The notes under the pieces are model-generated. The model was given only the letters and a program-made list of their open reading frames with translations. It searched no databases and was not told the DNA's origin. This document shows, piece after piece, positions 32,005 to 42,216 of a stretch of DNA of 64,000 nucleotides. Every line of letters begins with the position of its first letter. Position 1 is the first letter of the stretch. Origin of the DNA: a virus; IMG/VR virus record IMGVR_UViG_3300035670_000085, positions 1-64,000 of that record. The stretch is one strand, 5' to 3'. A program made the position numbers and the translations under genes.

Positions 32005-33243
32005 ATGAATGTTAATAGTCCTTATAAATATCTTTTAGTATCTGAAACAGGAGATTCTGGTAATCCCGCCTTAGATTTTACAAATCAAGCGTCAACTATC
32101 TGGAAAAAAGTTCTTGTTATGGATAGTATCTTTGAGTTCTATCCGTCTATAGAAATAATAATAGCAGATGATGTTGGTTTAATCTCTGATGTAATAACTA
32201 TGGTTGAGGGTATGAAATTCACTTCAAAATTAGGAGATCCTGATTTTGGATATGTTACACATGACTATGCAGCCACTAAAAATGAAATAATACATGCAAA
32301 AATAACTACACACTTGTCCAGTGATGTTTTATTAAATTTTACTTCTTATTATAATTTACTTGATATAAAAGATTCAATGGCATGGGATGATACAATATCT
32401 AATATAGTTAAAGATGTTTGTACTAAAAATTTAAAAATACCGAATGATAAATTATCTAATATTGAAACTACTGTTGGAAAAGATAAATGGTATCGAGTTA
32501 ATGAAACAGCTCAAACTTTTTTTAGAAAATTACTTAAACGATCTTATTCTCAAACATTTGAAAATAGTCCTTTTTTAACATTTATAAATAGTAATGGTGA
32601 ATTTTATTTTTCTTCTATCGAAAAATTATTTAAAAGTCAACAACCAATAAATACAACCCCTTATATTTTTTCAGGAGATGATAATCAATCTTATGATGCT
32701 TTTGCTATTAAAAATTTTTATACTATGCAAGGAGGTCTTGAAACAAATAAAGAAAATTATAATCCAAAATTCTTTTATCGAACAAAAACTGGTACAATAA
32801 ATACAGAAAGCGGTGAAGGAGAATTATCAAGAATAGATTCCCATATGATAAAGGGTGATGGAAAAGTTATGTTTCGTTCTGATTTAATAGATAGTAAAAT
32901 AGCTACGGATTTTCATGACTTTGGAATATATGAAGATGATAAAGATTTACAATTTTATAAAGGTTTTAAAAATTCTGTATTTATAGATTCCGCATTATAT
33001 TTTCGCATGGAAATCACTATAAATTTTAATTCATTGGCTGTTGCTGGAAAATTAATTAATTTGAAATTAGCAAGCCATATTAAAGAAAAAGCTGGATTTG
33101 CTAACGAATACAGTGGTAATTGGTTAATATTAACATCACGACATTTTTATGATGTTGATGCAACCCCTTTTACCAGACTAGTTATAGCAAAATCTCGTGT
33201 TGACGTTGGTAAAGATAATCCATTTGAAAAAAGATATTTATAA
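32005..33243 (+). CDS. putative baseplate hub/tail protein
   Basis: C-terminal G..I.L...SGNWLILTSRH pattern typical of gp27/late-control-D-like proteins. Confidence 0.45.
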   Translation: MNVNSPYKYLLVSETGDSGNPALDFTNQASTIWKKVLVMDSIFEFYPSIEIIIADDVGLISDVITMVEGMKFTSKLGDPDFGYVTHDYAATKNEIIHAKITTHLSSDVLLNFTSYYNLLDIKDSMAWDDTISNIVKDVCTKNLKIPNDKLSNIETTVGKDKWYRVNETAQTFFRKLLKRSYSQTFENSPFLTFINSNGEFYFSSIEKLFKSQQPINTTPYIFSGDDNQSYDAFAIKNFYTMQGGLETNKENYNPKFFYRTKTGTINTESGEGELSRIDSHMIKGDGKVMFRSDLIDSKIATDFHDFGIYEDDKDLQFYKGFKNSVFIDSALYFRMEITINFNSLAVAGKLINLKLASHIKEKAGFANEYSGNWLILTSRHFYDVDATPFTRLVIAKSRVDVGKDNPFEKRYL

Positions 33244-33291
33244 AATAAAATACTAATAAATAAATATAGTTCGTATAAGAGGAATGAAGTT

Positions 33292-35211
33292 ATGGCAGAC
33301 AACAGTAAACCGCAAAAACCAGGTAGGTTTAATTTTTTTAAAAGATTTTTCAAGATTGCAATAAACCCCGATAAAACACAACCATCAGATCAAATATTTC
33401 CTATAAAACCAACATATGATGATAATGGTGATGTTAATTTTAATCCAGAGACATTTCCTCCTGAAGTACAAAGATTTTATAATTATTTCTTAACACAAAG
33501 GAATACTAGAGAAAAAATTAAAGATAGAGATAAATTATGGGAAGATTTGCAACTTCTATATTGGAACTGTCCTCTTATAAGCCGTGCAATGGATATTTGT
33601 GCTGCTGAAGTTATACAAGCCGACACTGCTATGATTCCTATTCAAGTTGAAGCCCCGGAAGATCAAAAAGATTTTATATTAGAATTTTATGATAAAATAT
33701 CTTTATATAAACAATTAACTCCAACTATAAAAGATATTGTTAAATATGGAAATGCTGTTTGGGTTCTTGGTATGGATGATAATGGAATAACTGAAATTAT
33801 TCCTACTGAAATTAGACAACTTCGAGATCGACTTGAATTTACTCCTTATATGGTTGAAGAAGAATTAAATAAAAATAAAATATATACTGATTATCTTTCT
33901 ATAGAAAGAGTTAAAAATCTTGTAGATCATATTTTAAATAATAGTGATGAAACTACAAAGATGTTTAAACGATATTTGATAGGGTTTCAACTTCATGATT
34001 ATATTCTTCCTCCTTGGAGAGTAATTCATTTTAGAAATGCAACTACAGAGAGTCCTTTTGATCCTTTTGGTGTTCCCTTTTATACACATGCACTTGCTCC
34101 ATATAAAATGTGGGATGCTGGACAAACATTTAAAACAATGGCAAGAGCATTAAATTTTCCTATTGAAAAGTGGACCATTAATCTTCCTAATGTTGTTGAT
34201 CCAGTAGAGAAATTTAATAGAGTTAGACAATTTATAAATAAACTTGATAATGTTGCTTTTAAATGGCAGAATAAAGAAGATCAAACAATGGGACAGAGAG
34301 TTTTTGCTATTAAAGATCTACTTGAATATGAAATGGTAAAACCGGATATAGATTTAAAAGATATGGAAGAAGATTCTTTGCGAGAAGAATTGGTTGTTGC
34401 AACTAGACTTCCTAGATTTATTATTGATCCAAGAGAGTCTGGATTTGGTGAGGGGGGTTCTACACTTGTAGAAAAATGGAAAGAATTTGCTAGATTTGTA
34501 TTTACTATACAATCTATTTTCCTTGAACAACTTTCACAACTTACTAAAATGCATATGATTCTTTCAGGAAAATTTCAAGAAGATGAAATTGATTTTATCT
34601 TATCCATGCCTTTTCCAGAAAGTAAAAATTCTGAACTTGTTGAATCACAAAATAGATTATTAGATTTTTCTAAGTCTTTAATGGACACAATAAGTGAAAA
34701 ACTTTTTAATGGACAGCCTATTCCTAAAGAAGTTGCTGTAAGTATATTGCATCAAATGAATATATTTGACCAGACTGTTATAGATGGTTGGATTGATATT
34801 CTTGATAAAAACAAACCAGAAACTCCTATAAATAATTCTGAGGATATGGGTTTAGGAGACAGTGATTCTTTTATGGGAGAAGCTTTACAACTCAAACATA
34901 AATTAAAAAAATTTATTGAACAATTTGATGATTCTAATATTAAAGAATGGAAAAAATTAGAAGAATCTACCGGCAAAAAGAAATTAAATGAACAAATAAC
35001 ATCTTTGATTTTTAAACAAAGACAAAAAACTTTTAAAGAAGGTGTTATGAAAAAAGGACATTTTTACTCAAGTACTAATAAAAGCACTGATTTTGATCCT
35101 TATCTATTAAGAAAATGGGATGTAGAAAGAGTTAAAAAACTTCAAGAAGTTGGTGAATTTGTAAAAGATGAGGAACCCCTTCAAGAATTATTTGAAACTA
35201 CTGAAGAATAG
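33292..35211 (+). CDS. portal protein (T4 gp20-like)
   Basis: ISRAMDI.A.E, VKYGN, PWRVIHFR, PFG; late promoter at 33251; head-module synteny. Confidence 0.8.
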   Translation: MADNSKPQKPGRFNFFKRFFKIAINPDKTQPSDQIFPIKPTYDDNGDVNFNPETFPPEVQRFYNYFLTQRNTREKIKDRDKLWEDLQLLYWNCPLISRAMDICAAEVIQADTAMIPIQVEAPEDQKDFILEFYDKISLYKQLTPTIKDIVKYGNAVWVLGMDDNGITEIIPTEIRQLRDRLEFTPYMVEEELNKNKIYTDYLSIERVKNLVDHILNNSDETTKMFKRYLIGFQLHDYILPPWRVIHFRNATTESPFDPFGVPFYTHALAPYKMWDAGQTFKTMARALNFPIEKWTINLPNVVDPVEKFNRVRQFINKLDNVAFKWQNKEDQTMGQRVFAIKDLLEYEMVKPDIDLKDMEEDSLREELVVATRLPRFIIDPRESGFGEGGSTLVEKWKEFARFVFTIQSIFLEQLSQLTKMHMILSGKFQEDEIDFILSMPFPESKNSELVESQNRLLDFSKSLMDTISEKLFNGQPIPKEVAVSILHQMNIFDQTVIDGWIDILDKNKPETPINNSEDMGLGDSDSFMGEALQLKHKLKKFIEQFDDSNIKEWKKLEESTGKKKLNEQITSLIFKQRQKTFKEGVMKKGHFYSSTNKSTDFDPYLLRKWDVERVKKLQEVGEFVKDEEPLQELFETTEE

Positions 35212-35214
35212 AGT

Positions 35215-35700
35215 ATGAGAAAATTAAAAACAAAAAAAGAAATAGATTGTTATATAAAGACATTAGAACACAAAGAACAAGTTGCAGATATTATGGATGT
35301 ATTTGCACAAGTTATTCGAAAAAGAGGTTTAACTCACGATAATTCTAAATTAGAAGATCCAGAATTTGAAGGATTTGTAGAATATACTCCATTATTGGCA
35401 CAAACGACTTATGGTAGTGAAGAATATCAAAAATATTTAAATGATTTAAAACCGACATTAGATGCGCATTATTCCCGAAATCGCCACCACCCGGAATTTT
35501 ATGCTAATGGTGTTCGTGATATGTCCCTTGTTGATCTTCTTGAAATGTTTGCAGATTGGTATGCTTCTTGTAAAAGACAAAATGATGGTAATATACGATT
35601 GTCTATTGAAAAGAATCGTGAAAGATTTGGATATTCAAAAGATTTAGAACAAATATTTATTAACACTATAGAACTTATAGAAAATCTCAAAGAGGAATGA
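35215..35700 (+). CDS. HD-domain protein (DUF5662-like)
   Basis: HK..V, HDNSK, HY.RNRHHPE, EM.ADW. Confidence 0.75.
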   Translation: MRKLKTKKEIDCYIKTLEHKEQVADIMDVFAQVIRKRGLTHDNSKLEDPEFEGFVEYTPLLAQTTYGSEEYQKYLNDLKPTLDAHYSRNRHHPEFYANGVRDMSLVDLLEMFADWYASCKRQNDGNIRLSIEKNRERFGYSKDLEQIFINTIELIENLKEE

Positions 35701-35919
35701 TTTTATGGAAACAAATGAAATGAAAGTTGTTGTTAATGGTAGAGAGATAACATTGCAAGAACTTGAAGAATTAAAAAACAATCCCCGTAAACGCTTGAAA
35801 AAATTGACAGAAAATACATATACAGTATTAGAAAAACTCGAAGGATAAAAAAGTTATAAATTATTTCCGATTTGTTTATATATTATATTATATAAATAAT
35901 TTAAAGGAGTGTTTCAAAT

Positions 35920-36312
35920 ATGAAAATGTCCGATGCTTGTGAATTGGATTTTTTTGAACAAATTTGCACAGTATCTAAGAAAGATAAAGAAACTGTACGT
36001 GATATTTTAAGATCCATTTTAATGGTAACTACTGCTAATCTTTATTTTGATAAAACGGAAATTGTAATACCTTATTTGTGTAAATTAAATATTAAATATG
36101 AAGATGCAATTCGTATAAATAAAAAAACTTCAAAATGTTGGAGCACAACTGATATATCAATAACAGCAGAACCATTAACTGCACTAATAAAAGAAATTGT
36201 AGCCTTAAATGAAGGAGACGATCCAGAATCATTGCAACATCTTGATAATAGTATTGCTATGAAAATGTCTCAACTTTTGGAGGTTGTTGACGATGGGGAA
36301 GAAAAAAAATAA
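35920..36312 (+). CDS. hypothetical protein, weak HU/IHF-like DNA-binding resemblance
   Basis: Two helices followed by an EIVIPYLCKL strand; GGAG RBS; middle-type promoter at 35855. Confidence 0.35.
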   Translation: MKMSDACELDFFEQICTVSKKDKETVRDILRSILMVTTANLYFDKTEIVIPYLCKLNIKYEDAIRINKKTSKCWSTTDISITAEPLTALIKEIVALNEGDDPESLQHLDNSIAMKMSQLLEVVDDGEEKK

Positions 36313-36505
36313 AGACTTAGTTCACAGAGTTGCTGTTTTAATATCAAAAAAATTAACTAAGGCAGATTGGATGGCTTCTTTCTGGGATGAAATAGATGAG
36401 ATAAAGGATAAAGATGTTATTACAGAACGTAAAAAATTATTACAACTTTCTGGGGAAATAATAAGATTGGTTAGACTAGAAATAGATAAAGAAAATGAGA
36501 AATAA
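36284..36505 (+). CDS. hypothetical protein
   Basis: ORF in operon. Confidence 0.5.
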   Translation: MLTMGKKKNKDLVHRVAVLISKKLTKADWMASFWDEIDEIKDKDVITERKKLLQLSGEIIRLVRLEIDKENEK

Positions 36506-36527
36506 ATTTTAATGGAGAAAATATAAT

Positions 36528-36725
36528 ATGAAAGATGGTTATAAACAACTTGAAGAATTTAAAGCAGGTAAAAGAAAATATTTAAAATATGCTTGGAGAG
36601 AAAAAGCTATTTCTTTTTCTTTTTTACCTAAATTTGCTCATGTTAGGGTTCAAAAAACAGAAAGTTATTCCCTTCAATTTTTAAAATGGAATTTTCGTTT
36701 AGTATATATGAAAAATGAGAAATAA
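36528..36725 (+). CDS. hypothetical protein
   Basis: GGAG RBS. Confidence 0.5.
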   Translation: MKDGYKQLEEFKAGKRKYLKYAWREKAISFSFLPKFAHVRVQKTESYSLQFLKWNFRLVYMKNEK

Positions 36726-36915
36726 AATATTCAATATGAGAAAGAAAAAGAAAAAGAAATTTAAAATTGACCATACTGTTTTTTATAGCTTTGGTTTCTA
36801 TCTATTTCCAACTATTATTGTAGAAAAAATATCTTGTATAGATGCAAATGGAATAGAATTTTCTTTTCATTGGGGTAATATTGGGTATGACATAATATTG
36901 TGGAAAAATAAATGA
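36715..36915 (+). CDS. hypothetical protein
   Basis: Coupled ORF. Confidence 0.45.
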   Translation: MRNKIFNMRKKKKKKFKIDHTVFYSFGFYLFPTIIVEKISCIDANGIEFSFHWGNIGYDIILWKNK

Positions 36916-37277
36916 AATATTTGATTTGTAAACAAGATGCATATGACACTATCAATTATATCACTGATGATATGTCTATGCCAGATGATATGGAATACAA
37001 AGATTTTTTAAACTATGTCCGACCTTATGTTATTGAAAATTGGGAACAATTTGTAAAAGAATTAAATTGTTTTAAAGTATTGCATATAGAATATCCAGAA
37101 GGAACATGGACGATAAAAGAAGATAAAAGAACATACACTGATTTTTCAAAAGAAGAATTATATAAATTAAATGATACTACTAATAAAAAAGAACCAACTA
37201 CATTCGAGAAGGTGAGAGATGAAAAAGTTCAGAAAGGAAAACAATTTTTACAACGATTTGGACGACATAAACGATGA
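36912..37277 (+). CDS. hypothetical protein
   Basis: Coupled ORF. Confidence 0.55.
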   Translation: MKYLICKQDAYDTINYITDDMSMPDDMEYKDFLNYVRPYVIENWEQFVKELNCFKVLHIEYPEGTWTIKEDKRTYTDFSKEELYKLNDTTNKKEPTTFEKVRDEKVQKGKQFLQRFGRHKR

Positions 37278-37548
37278 TAATTTTGATATCGTTTTATCAG
37301 ATTTTGAAGAAGAAGAATATGATTTAAGTGGTATTGGGCTTGAAGGATTCTTTTTATCTGTAGAACAGTATAATAATTATTTGTGGTCTGAAGATGGATT
37401 TTCTTTTAGTTTTGAAAATTATGAAGAATTAAAACGATATTTAAATGTAATCGATGATTGTTTTGTTATTTATGACGAAGATGATATGGAATGTAGAATG
37501 ACTGAAGATCAACTTGATAATATTAAACATATTTTAAAAGGAGAATAG
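37219..37548 (+). CDS. acidic hypothetical protein
   Basis: D/E-rich; AAGGTG RBS. Confidence 0.55.
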   Translation: MKKFRKENNFYNDLDDINDDNFDIVLSDFEEEEYDLSGIGLEGFFLSVEQYNNYLWSEDGFSFSFENYEELKRYLNVIDDCFVIYDEDDMECRMTEDQLDNIKHILKGE

Positions 37549-37713
37549 ATATGATAGTTTTTCTTATATTGCTTTTAATACTTCAAATATATTTAATTTA
37601 TGCTGGTATTAAAAATAAAGATTATATATTTATTCTTATAAATATGGCTTCTGCTATATATAATATATTTATAATGTATCAATATTTTTTGTAAGTGGTT
37701 ACATACTAATAAA

Positions 37714-37894
37714 TAGAAATGCCAAAAAACTTATGATTTAATAATTAATTCACAAGTAATCGCATTTCTAAATAGTATACCCTCTATGCCTCCGTTTAAA
37801 TTTGTTAAACATGCACAATTTAGGGGGTCTTTGGGATCTGGTAACAGGATGACCCGTGAAGCGTAAGACTGCGCAATCTTACGCTTCTTTTTTT
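37714..37894 (+). ncRNA. candidate late-transcribed structured ncRNA
   Basis: TACTAATA at 37704, several hairpins, strong terminator, no RBS-led ORF. Confidence 0.45.
37858..37894 (+). terminator. rho-independent terminator
   Basis: GAAGCGTAAGA / TCTTACGCTTC stem followed by a T-run. Confidence 0.85.
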
Positions 37895-37933
37895 ATTTTT
37901 TATACTAATAAATATATAGAATAGTTTTATAAT

Positions 37934-39046
37934 ATGGTGGCAAATATGCCTATTACGAAAGATGATGTTCTCTCTCTCCTTCCAGATAAAAATGACTATC
38001 GTCCTGGTTTACAATTAAAAAAAGACTTAGGACTTGAATTATTTCAAAATGTTGTTATTCAAAAAGCTATAAATTTTCCTATACCATTATATGTTGTAAC
38101 TTATAATTCAAGATATCCAGAACGTGCTATTTTTTACAGTAAAGTAAAAGCTATAAAAACGTCTTTAATAACAAAATTAAAACAATATGGTGTCGCTAAT
38201 AAATTTAAAGAATTAAGATTAACCCCACCAATCGATTTAAATTATTTTAATAGTCGTTTAAGAACAAATTCAATGATTTTTTGTCGGGATATGTGCGGGG
38301 AACAATTCAGAGACGATAAGATGTTCCAACGAATAAATGAAAGTTTGATTGAAGTAAAAAAAGATACAAGAAATTATTGTATATTTACTGGAAAAATTTT
38401 AGAAGGTATTATTCGTCCAAATAAATATACAAACGAAATATCTGCAATAGTTAAAAGAAATTCAAATTTGTTATCACAGAATGATAATGAAAATAATATA
38501 ATTTTTTTATTGAATTCATTATTATATAATAAATATAAAATTCATTTTATATATGATGAGAATTCAAATAGAAATCTTCCTATATCAATCGCAGCATATA
38601 ATTATAAAAATAATGATATTGAAGTAGGAATAACTGACACTTTACTTAATAATACAAAAGATAACGGCATATTAAAACAATTATTTGAACAAATAGAATT
38701 GATTATTGGTCACGAAATAATCCACAGATTACAATTTGGTCAAAATAAAATTAAAAAACTTATGAACAAATACAATGTTGAAAATATTGATGATTTAAAT
38801 CAAGTTAGGAAGTACCTCTCCGATAAAGATGAAATAATGGCTTATGCTTGGCAGATAGTAGAATTTTTTAAAGTACATGATTATTCAAAAGAAAAAATAA
38901 AAACTCTATTGCAAAGTAACCATCTTGATAATGAAAAATATCAATACGAACCCTTATATTATTACCATAAAGTATTTACAATAAATGACACACCTTTGAA
39001 ACTATTGTATAAATATATGTACTCTTATTTAGATATAGAAGGTTGA
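37934..39046 (+). CDS. late protein with C-terminal zincin metallopeptidase-like domain
   Basis: GHEIIHRLQ...YLSDKDEIMAYA; TACTAATA at 37903. Confidence 0.6.
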   Translation: MVANMPITKDDVLSLLPDKNDYRPGLQLKKDLGLELFQNVVIQKAINFPIPLYVVTYNSRYPERAIFYSKVKAIKTSLITKLKQYGVANKFKELRLTPPIDLNYFNSRLRTNSMIFCRDMCGEQFRDDKMFQRINESLIEVKKDTRNYCIFTGKILEGIIRPNKYTNEISAIVKRNSNLLSQNDNENNIIFLLNSLLYNKYKIHFIYDENSNRNLPISIAAYNYKNNDIEVGITDTLLNNTKDNGILKQLFEQIELIIGHEIIHRLQFGQNKIKKLMNKYNVENIDDLNQVRKYLSDKDEIMAYAWQIVEFFKVHDYSKEKIKTLLQSNHLDNEKYQYEPLYYYHKVFTINDTPLKLLYKYMYSYLDIEG

Positions 39047-39084
39047 GGACGATTGCCTATTTTAGATAATTAGTTATATTACAT

Positions 39085-39561
39085 ATGGTGGTAGTTATGC
39101 AGTTATTAATAGCATTCTTATTTAGGGCCGCTATTTACGTTTTATTCGGGTGGGGATTAGAGATATTAGCTACTTCTATAAGTAAAGTTTTTACTAAAGG
39201 ATGGAATGAAGATACAAAATTATTAAATGGCGATGTTAGTGTATGGATGGCTCCAGTATATGGAGTATTTATATTTTTTTGTTTTGAACCCTTACATAAT
39301 CTAATAAGTTTCTTACCAGTCTATATTCGTTTTGCTATTTGGGGATTTTGTTTCATGGGTGTTGAATTTATAACTGGTTTAGTTTATGATAAAGTCTTTG
39401 GTATTCGACCTTGGAATTATGATAATGATGATGGAAATATCTGTGGTTATACAAAATGGTCCCTTTTTAGTTACTGGGCGTGGGCAGCATTTTGGTTGGA
39501 GTCTTTAAGCATGATTTTAATATATGCAACTCCTACAATATGTAAATATTTTGGATATTAA
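39085..39561 (+). CDS. membrane protein (DUF1113 / putative ABC permease family-like)
   Basis: GW..E, W..PVYG, VEFITG, PWNY...GNI.G. Confidence 0.65.
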   Translation: MVVVMQLLIAFLFRAAIYVLFGWGLEILATSISKVFTKGWNEDTKLLNGDVSVWMAPVYGVFIFFCFEPLHNLISFLPVYIRFAIWGFCFMGVEFITGLVYDKVFGIRPWNYDNDDGNICGYTKWSLFSYWAWAAFWLESLSMILIYATPTICKYFGY

Positions 39562-39564
39562 AAA

Positions 39565-39849
39565 ATGAAACGTTATAAATCATTATTAGAAGATGATAAA
39601 AATAAACGATTTGCTTTACTTCTTTCTGATATGAAACATAGTCGTGGTTCATTTAAATATTTTGATACTGAAAAAGAAGCAGTTGATTTTGTTAAGAAAC
39701 TACACAGCCAAAATAAACTTATGAGATATGTAGAAATAGAATTGCTTGATAGAAGTATTAAAGATTATCAAAGTCCTAAATATAGTAGAGTATTGTGGGA
39801 TGGATTACATAATGAATTATATGTTAGAGGATATTTGGAGAGAATATAA
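39565..39849 (+). CDS. tagged putative internal head protein
   Basis: MKRYKSLLE. Confidence 0.7.
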   Translation: MKRYKSLLEDDKNKRFALLLSDMKHSRGSFKYFDTEKEAVDFVKKLHSQNKLMRYVEIELLDRSIKDYQSPKYSRVLWDGLHNELYVRGYLERI

Positions 39850-39868
39850 TAAATAAGAGGTTATCGTC

Positions 39869-40009
39869 ATGGGTAAAAATCCTTCAGAAGCAAATAAAAA
39901 AGAAACTCCTAAATGGAAAACAACTATAGTTATTTCTCATTATATAAAACCTAATGGGGCATGGGGAAAAAGAACTACAGAAATACGTGAAGAGGTTATT
40001 AAAAAATGA
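39869..40009 (+). CDS. 46-aa untagged ORF missed by the track
   Basis: GAGG RBS; MGKNPSE...VIKK; ATGA overlap with the next gene. Confidence 0.5.
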   Translation: MGKNPSEANKKETPKWKTTIVISHYIKPNGAWGKRTTEIREEVIKK

Positions 40010-40509
40010 GACGATATAAACCGCTGTTTGAAAAAGTTGATTTAGAAAAAAAAGATTATCATGTTAGAGAATGGGATGAAGATTCTCGTGATACATGGGA
40101 ATATCTTCTTTCTAAATATGAAAACTGGGATCAAGCTAATAAAGATGGTATGGGAAGTCTTTATAATACTTTAGAAAAAAGTTTTATAAGTAATGGTGAT
40201 GTTGCAAAGGAATTACTAAAATCTAATAGACAAAATAAAAATTATTTAAATGTTGGTGATGTTCTTTATTTTAAATATATAAACGCTTCAATAATGGGAA
40301 GAAATCCTTTGGATAATAAAGGTATAAAAGAGTTTAAAAAAAATGCATATGTAATTGTGACAGAAGTGAATTTAGAATCTAAAGTTTATGGGTTTAATAA
40401 AAGCAATAAAAACAAAACAATATTAGGAAATACTTTTTATTATAAAATAAGCGATATAAATGAGTTATTAGAAAAACGAGAAGGAAAATCAATAGAAGTA
40501 ATTTATTAA
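40006..40509 (+). CDS. tagged putative internal head protein
   Basis: MRRYKPLFE. Confidence 0.7.
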   Translation: MRRYKPLFEKVDLEKKDYHVREWDEDSRDTWEYLLSKYENWDQANKDGMGSLYNTLEKSFISNGDVAKELLKSNRQNKNYLNVGDVLYFKYINASIMGRNPLDNKGIKEFKKNAYVIVTEVNLESKVYGFNKSNKNKTILGNTFYYKISDINELLEKREGKSIEVIY

Positions 40510-40511
40510 TT

Positions 40512-40811
40512 ATGAAACGTTATAAAAAATTATTTGAATCACAAACTTATCATTCAATAGCTTACAGAGATATTGAAAATACAAGATATAAATCTATAAA
40601 ACCATATAGAGAATATCTTATTATTACTTCTGAAAGTAAAATAGAAAAAGATGGAAATATGATTTGTTATGATAACATTAAATTATATACTAAAGAAAAT
40701 TATGCATCTAAAAAAATATCTAACAAAATGATTTTAGTTGATGTAAAAAATATGTGCATTGATATTAAAAGAGACCATTGGATATTTAAAAATGAGGATA
40801 TAAATATATGA
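40512..40811 (+). CDS. tagged putative internal head protein
   Basis: MKRYKKLFE. Confidence 0.7.
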   Translation: MKRYKKLFESQTYHSIAYRDIENTRYKSIKPYREYLIITSESKIEKDGNMICYDNIKLYTKENYASKKISNKMILVDVKNMCIDIKRDHWIFKNEDINI

Positions 40812-41239
40812 AACGGTATAAACCCTTACTTAGAGAGGAAAATTCACTATCGCAATTAGATAAACCAGAATTAGTAGATAAATTATTTCAATATTTTAAA
40901 GAGAATCCGTATCCACTTGACCACGAAGGATTCCATAAATTTGCTGAATCTCTTGGTATGGAAGCAGATGATTTAGAAATCTATGGTTGGGCAATTATTA
41001 GCTGTTTTGTTACTGGTGGAAATTTTAATAAGTCTGGTAAGAAAGAAGAAGATTTTGATTCTAAAGAAATTGAGATTGGAATTGATATTGAAAAAGAGCA
41101 TACCGACTATACTAATGAAAATCCTGTTGTAAAACGTATTGCAAATTTTATGCAAAAAAGAATTGCAAAAGATCATCTTTCAGAATTTTCAAATTATTAT
41201 ACTTTGTTAAAAGAAATGGAAAAAAATGCAAAAAAATAA
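40808..41239 (+). CDS. tagged protein with DUF5661-like domain
   Basis: MKRYKPLLRE; G..IE.EH...IAKDHL.E...YY..L..ME. Confidence 0.7.
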   Translation: MKRYKPLLREENSLSQLDKPELVDKLFQYFKENPYPLDHEGFHKFAESLGMEADDLEIYGWAIISCFVTGGNFNKSGKKEEDFDSKEIEIGIDIEKEHTDYTNENPVVKRIANFMQKRIAKDHLSEFSNYYTLLKEMEKNAKK

Positions 41240-41286
41240 TAATATATACTAATAAATATATAACAATAAAAAAGAGGTAATTGATC

Positions 41287-41604
41287 ATGTATAGAAGTGT
41301 ATTTGAAGAAAGCAATGGTAAAAGAAAAATGAATGAAGCTGTAGTATTTTCTATTAGCACAATAGACGATGCTTTTGAAGCTATTCAAAAATGTGTTGCA
41401 TTGATAATTGAAAAGAAAAAATCCAGCATGGCTATGATGCTTCCTAGAATAGCTGAAGCAGTAATGAACGGAATTAAAGATGCACTTGGAAATATCTATA
41501 GTGATCCTAACAAAATTGAATCTGTTAAAAAACAAATAGTAGCTAAATTTATTCGTTTCTTTAAACAAGATGCAGTTAGTGCTCCAGAAGAACCAATGAT
41601 GTAG
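41287..41604 (+). CDS. degenerate-tag putative core protein
   Basis: MYRSVFEE...MNEA; own TACTAATA at 41247 and GAGG RBS. Confidence 0.6.
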   Translation: MYRSVFEESNGKRKMNEAVVFSISTIDDAFEAIQKCVALIIEKKKSSMAMMLPRIAEAVMNGIKDALGNIYSDPNKIESVKKQIVAKFIRFFKQDAVSAPEEPMM

Positions 41605-41612
41605 TATTAAGT

Positions 41613-41882
41613 ATGAAACGATACATTAGTATTTTTAAAGAATCTGGAACTGGTAATTACGCACCAAGTAGCATTCTTTTTAAAACAGATGAAGAGTTTA
41701 ATAGGGCAGTGGAATTGTTAAGTTCTCTTAATTTTCAATTTAAACCAGATTTCTATATAAGAAAAAATGGTAATATTTCTGGGTATAGTAAAAATTATTT
41801 AAGTTTTACATACTCTAAAGATTGGACTAAACTTGTTAAACTTCTTCAAAAAAATAATGTAGATTTCAAACAAATAAAATGA
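41613..41882 (+). CDS. tagged putative internal head protein
   Basis: MKRYISIFKE. Confidence 0.7.
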   Translation: MKRYISIFKESGTGNYAPSSILFKTDEEFNRAVELLSSLNFQFKPDFYIRKNGNISGYSKNYLSFTYSKDWTKLVKLLQKNNVDFKQIK

Positions 41883-41980
41883 GGCGATACAAACCATTAT
41901 TTGAATATATGACTCCTTCCGAAAGGAAAGGAGCTTTTCTACATGGTCAAACTAATTTAGGAAAGATGGTAATGAAATGA
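41879..41980 (+). CDS. 33-aa tagged micro-ORF missed by the track
   Basis: MRRYKPLFEYMTPSERKGAFLHGQTNLGKMVMK; ATGA-coupled at both ends. Confidence 0.65.
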   Translation: MRRYKPLFEYMTPSERKGAFLHGQTNLGKMVMK

Positions 41981-42216
41981 AAAGATACAAAAGTATATTT
42001 AAAGAATCAAAAGAAGATGTTATAAAACGAGCATTAAATTTTGCAGATTCTGGCTCATTTCCTGTTAATAGAAAAGTATTTCGTTTTATGATGTATTTAA
42101 ATGATGAACAATTTGATATTGAAGAAATTAAGCAATTAGCATGTGAATTCTATAAAATACATAGAAGTAAAGTAGAAGGAATATTTAAAGAAGTTGAAAG
42201 ATTAGAAAAAATATGA
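41977..42216 (+). CDS. tagged putative internal head protein
   Basis: MKRYKSIFKE. Confidence 0.7.
   Translation: MKRYKSIFKESKEDVIKRALNFADSGSFPVNRKVFRFMMYLNDEQFDIEEIKQLACEFYKIHRSKVEGIFKEVERLEKI

Noticed and set aside
37780-37890. tRNA or a 26-aa peptide gene in the GC-rich intergenic segment
   Set aside because: No cloverleaf, T-loop GTTC or CCA, and the ORF lacks an RBS and runs into the terminator. Kept only as an ncRNA candidate.
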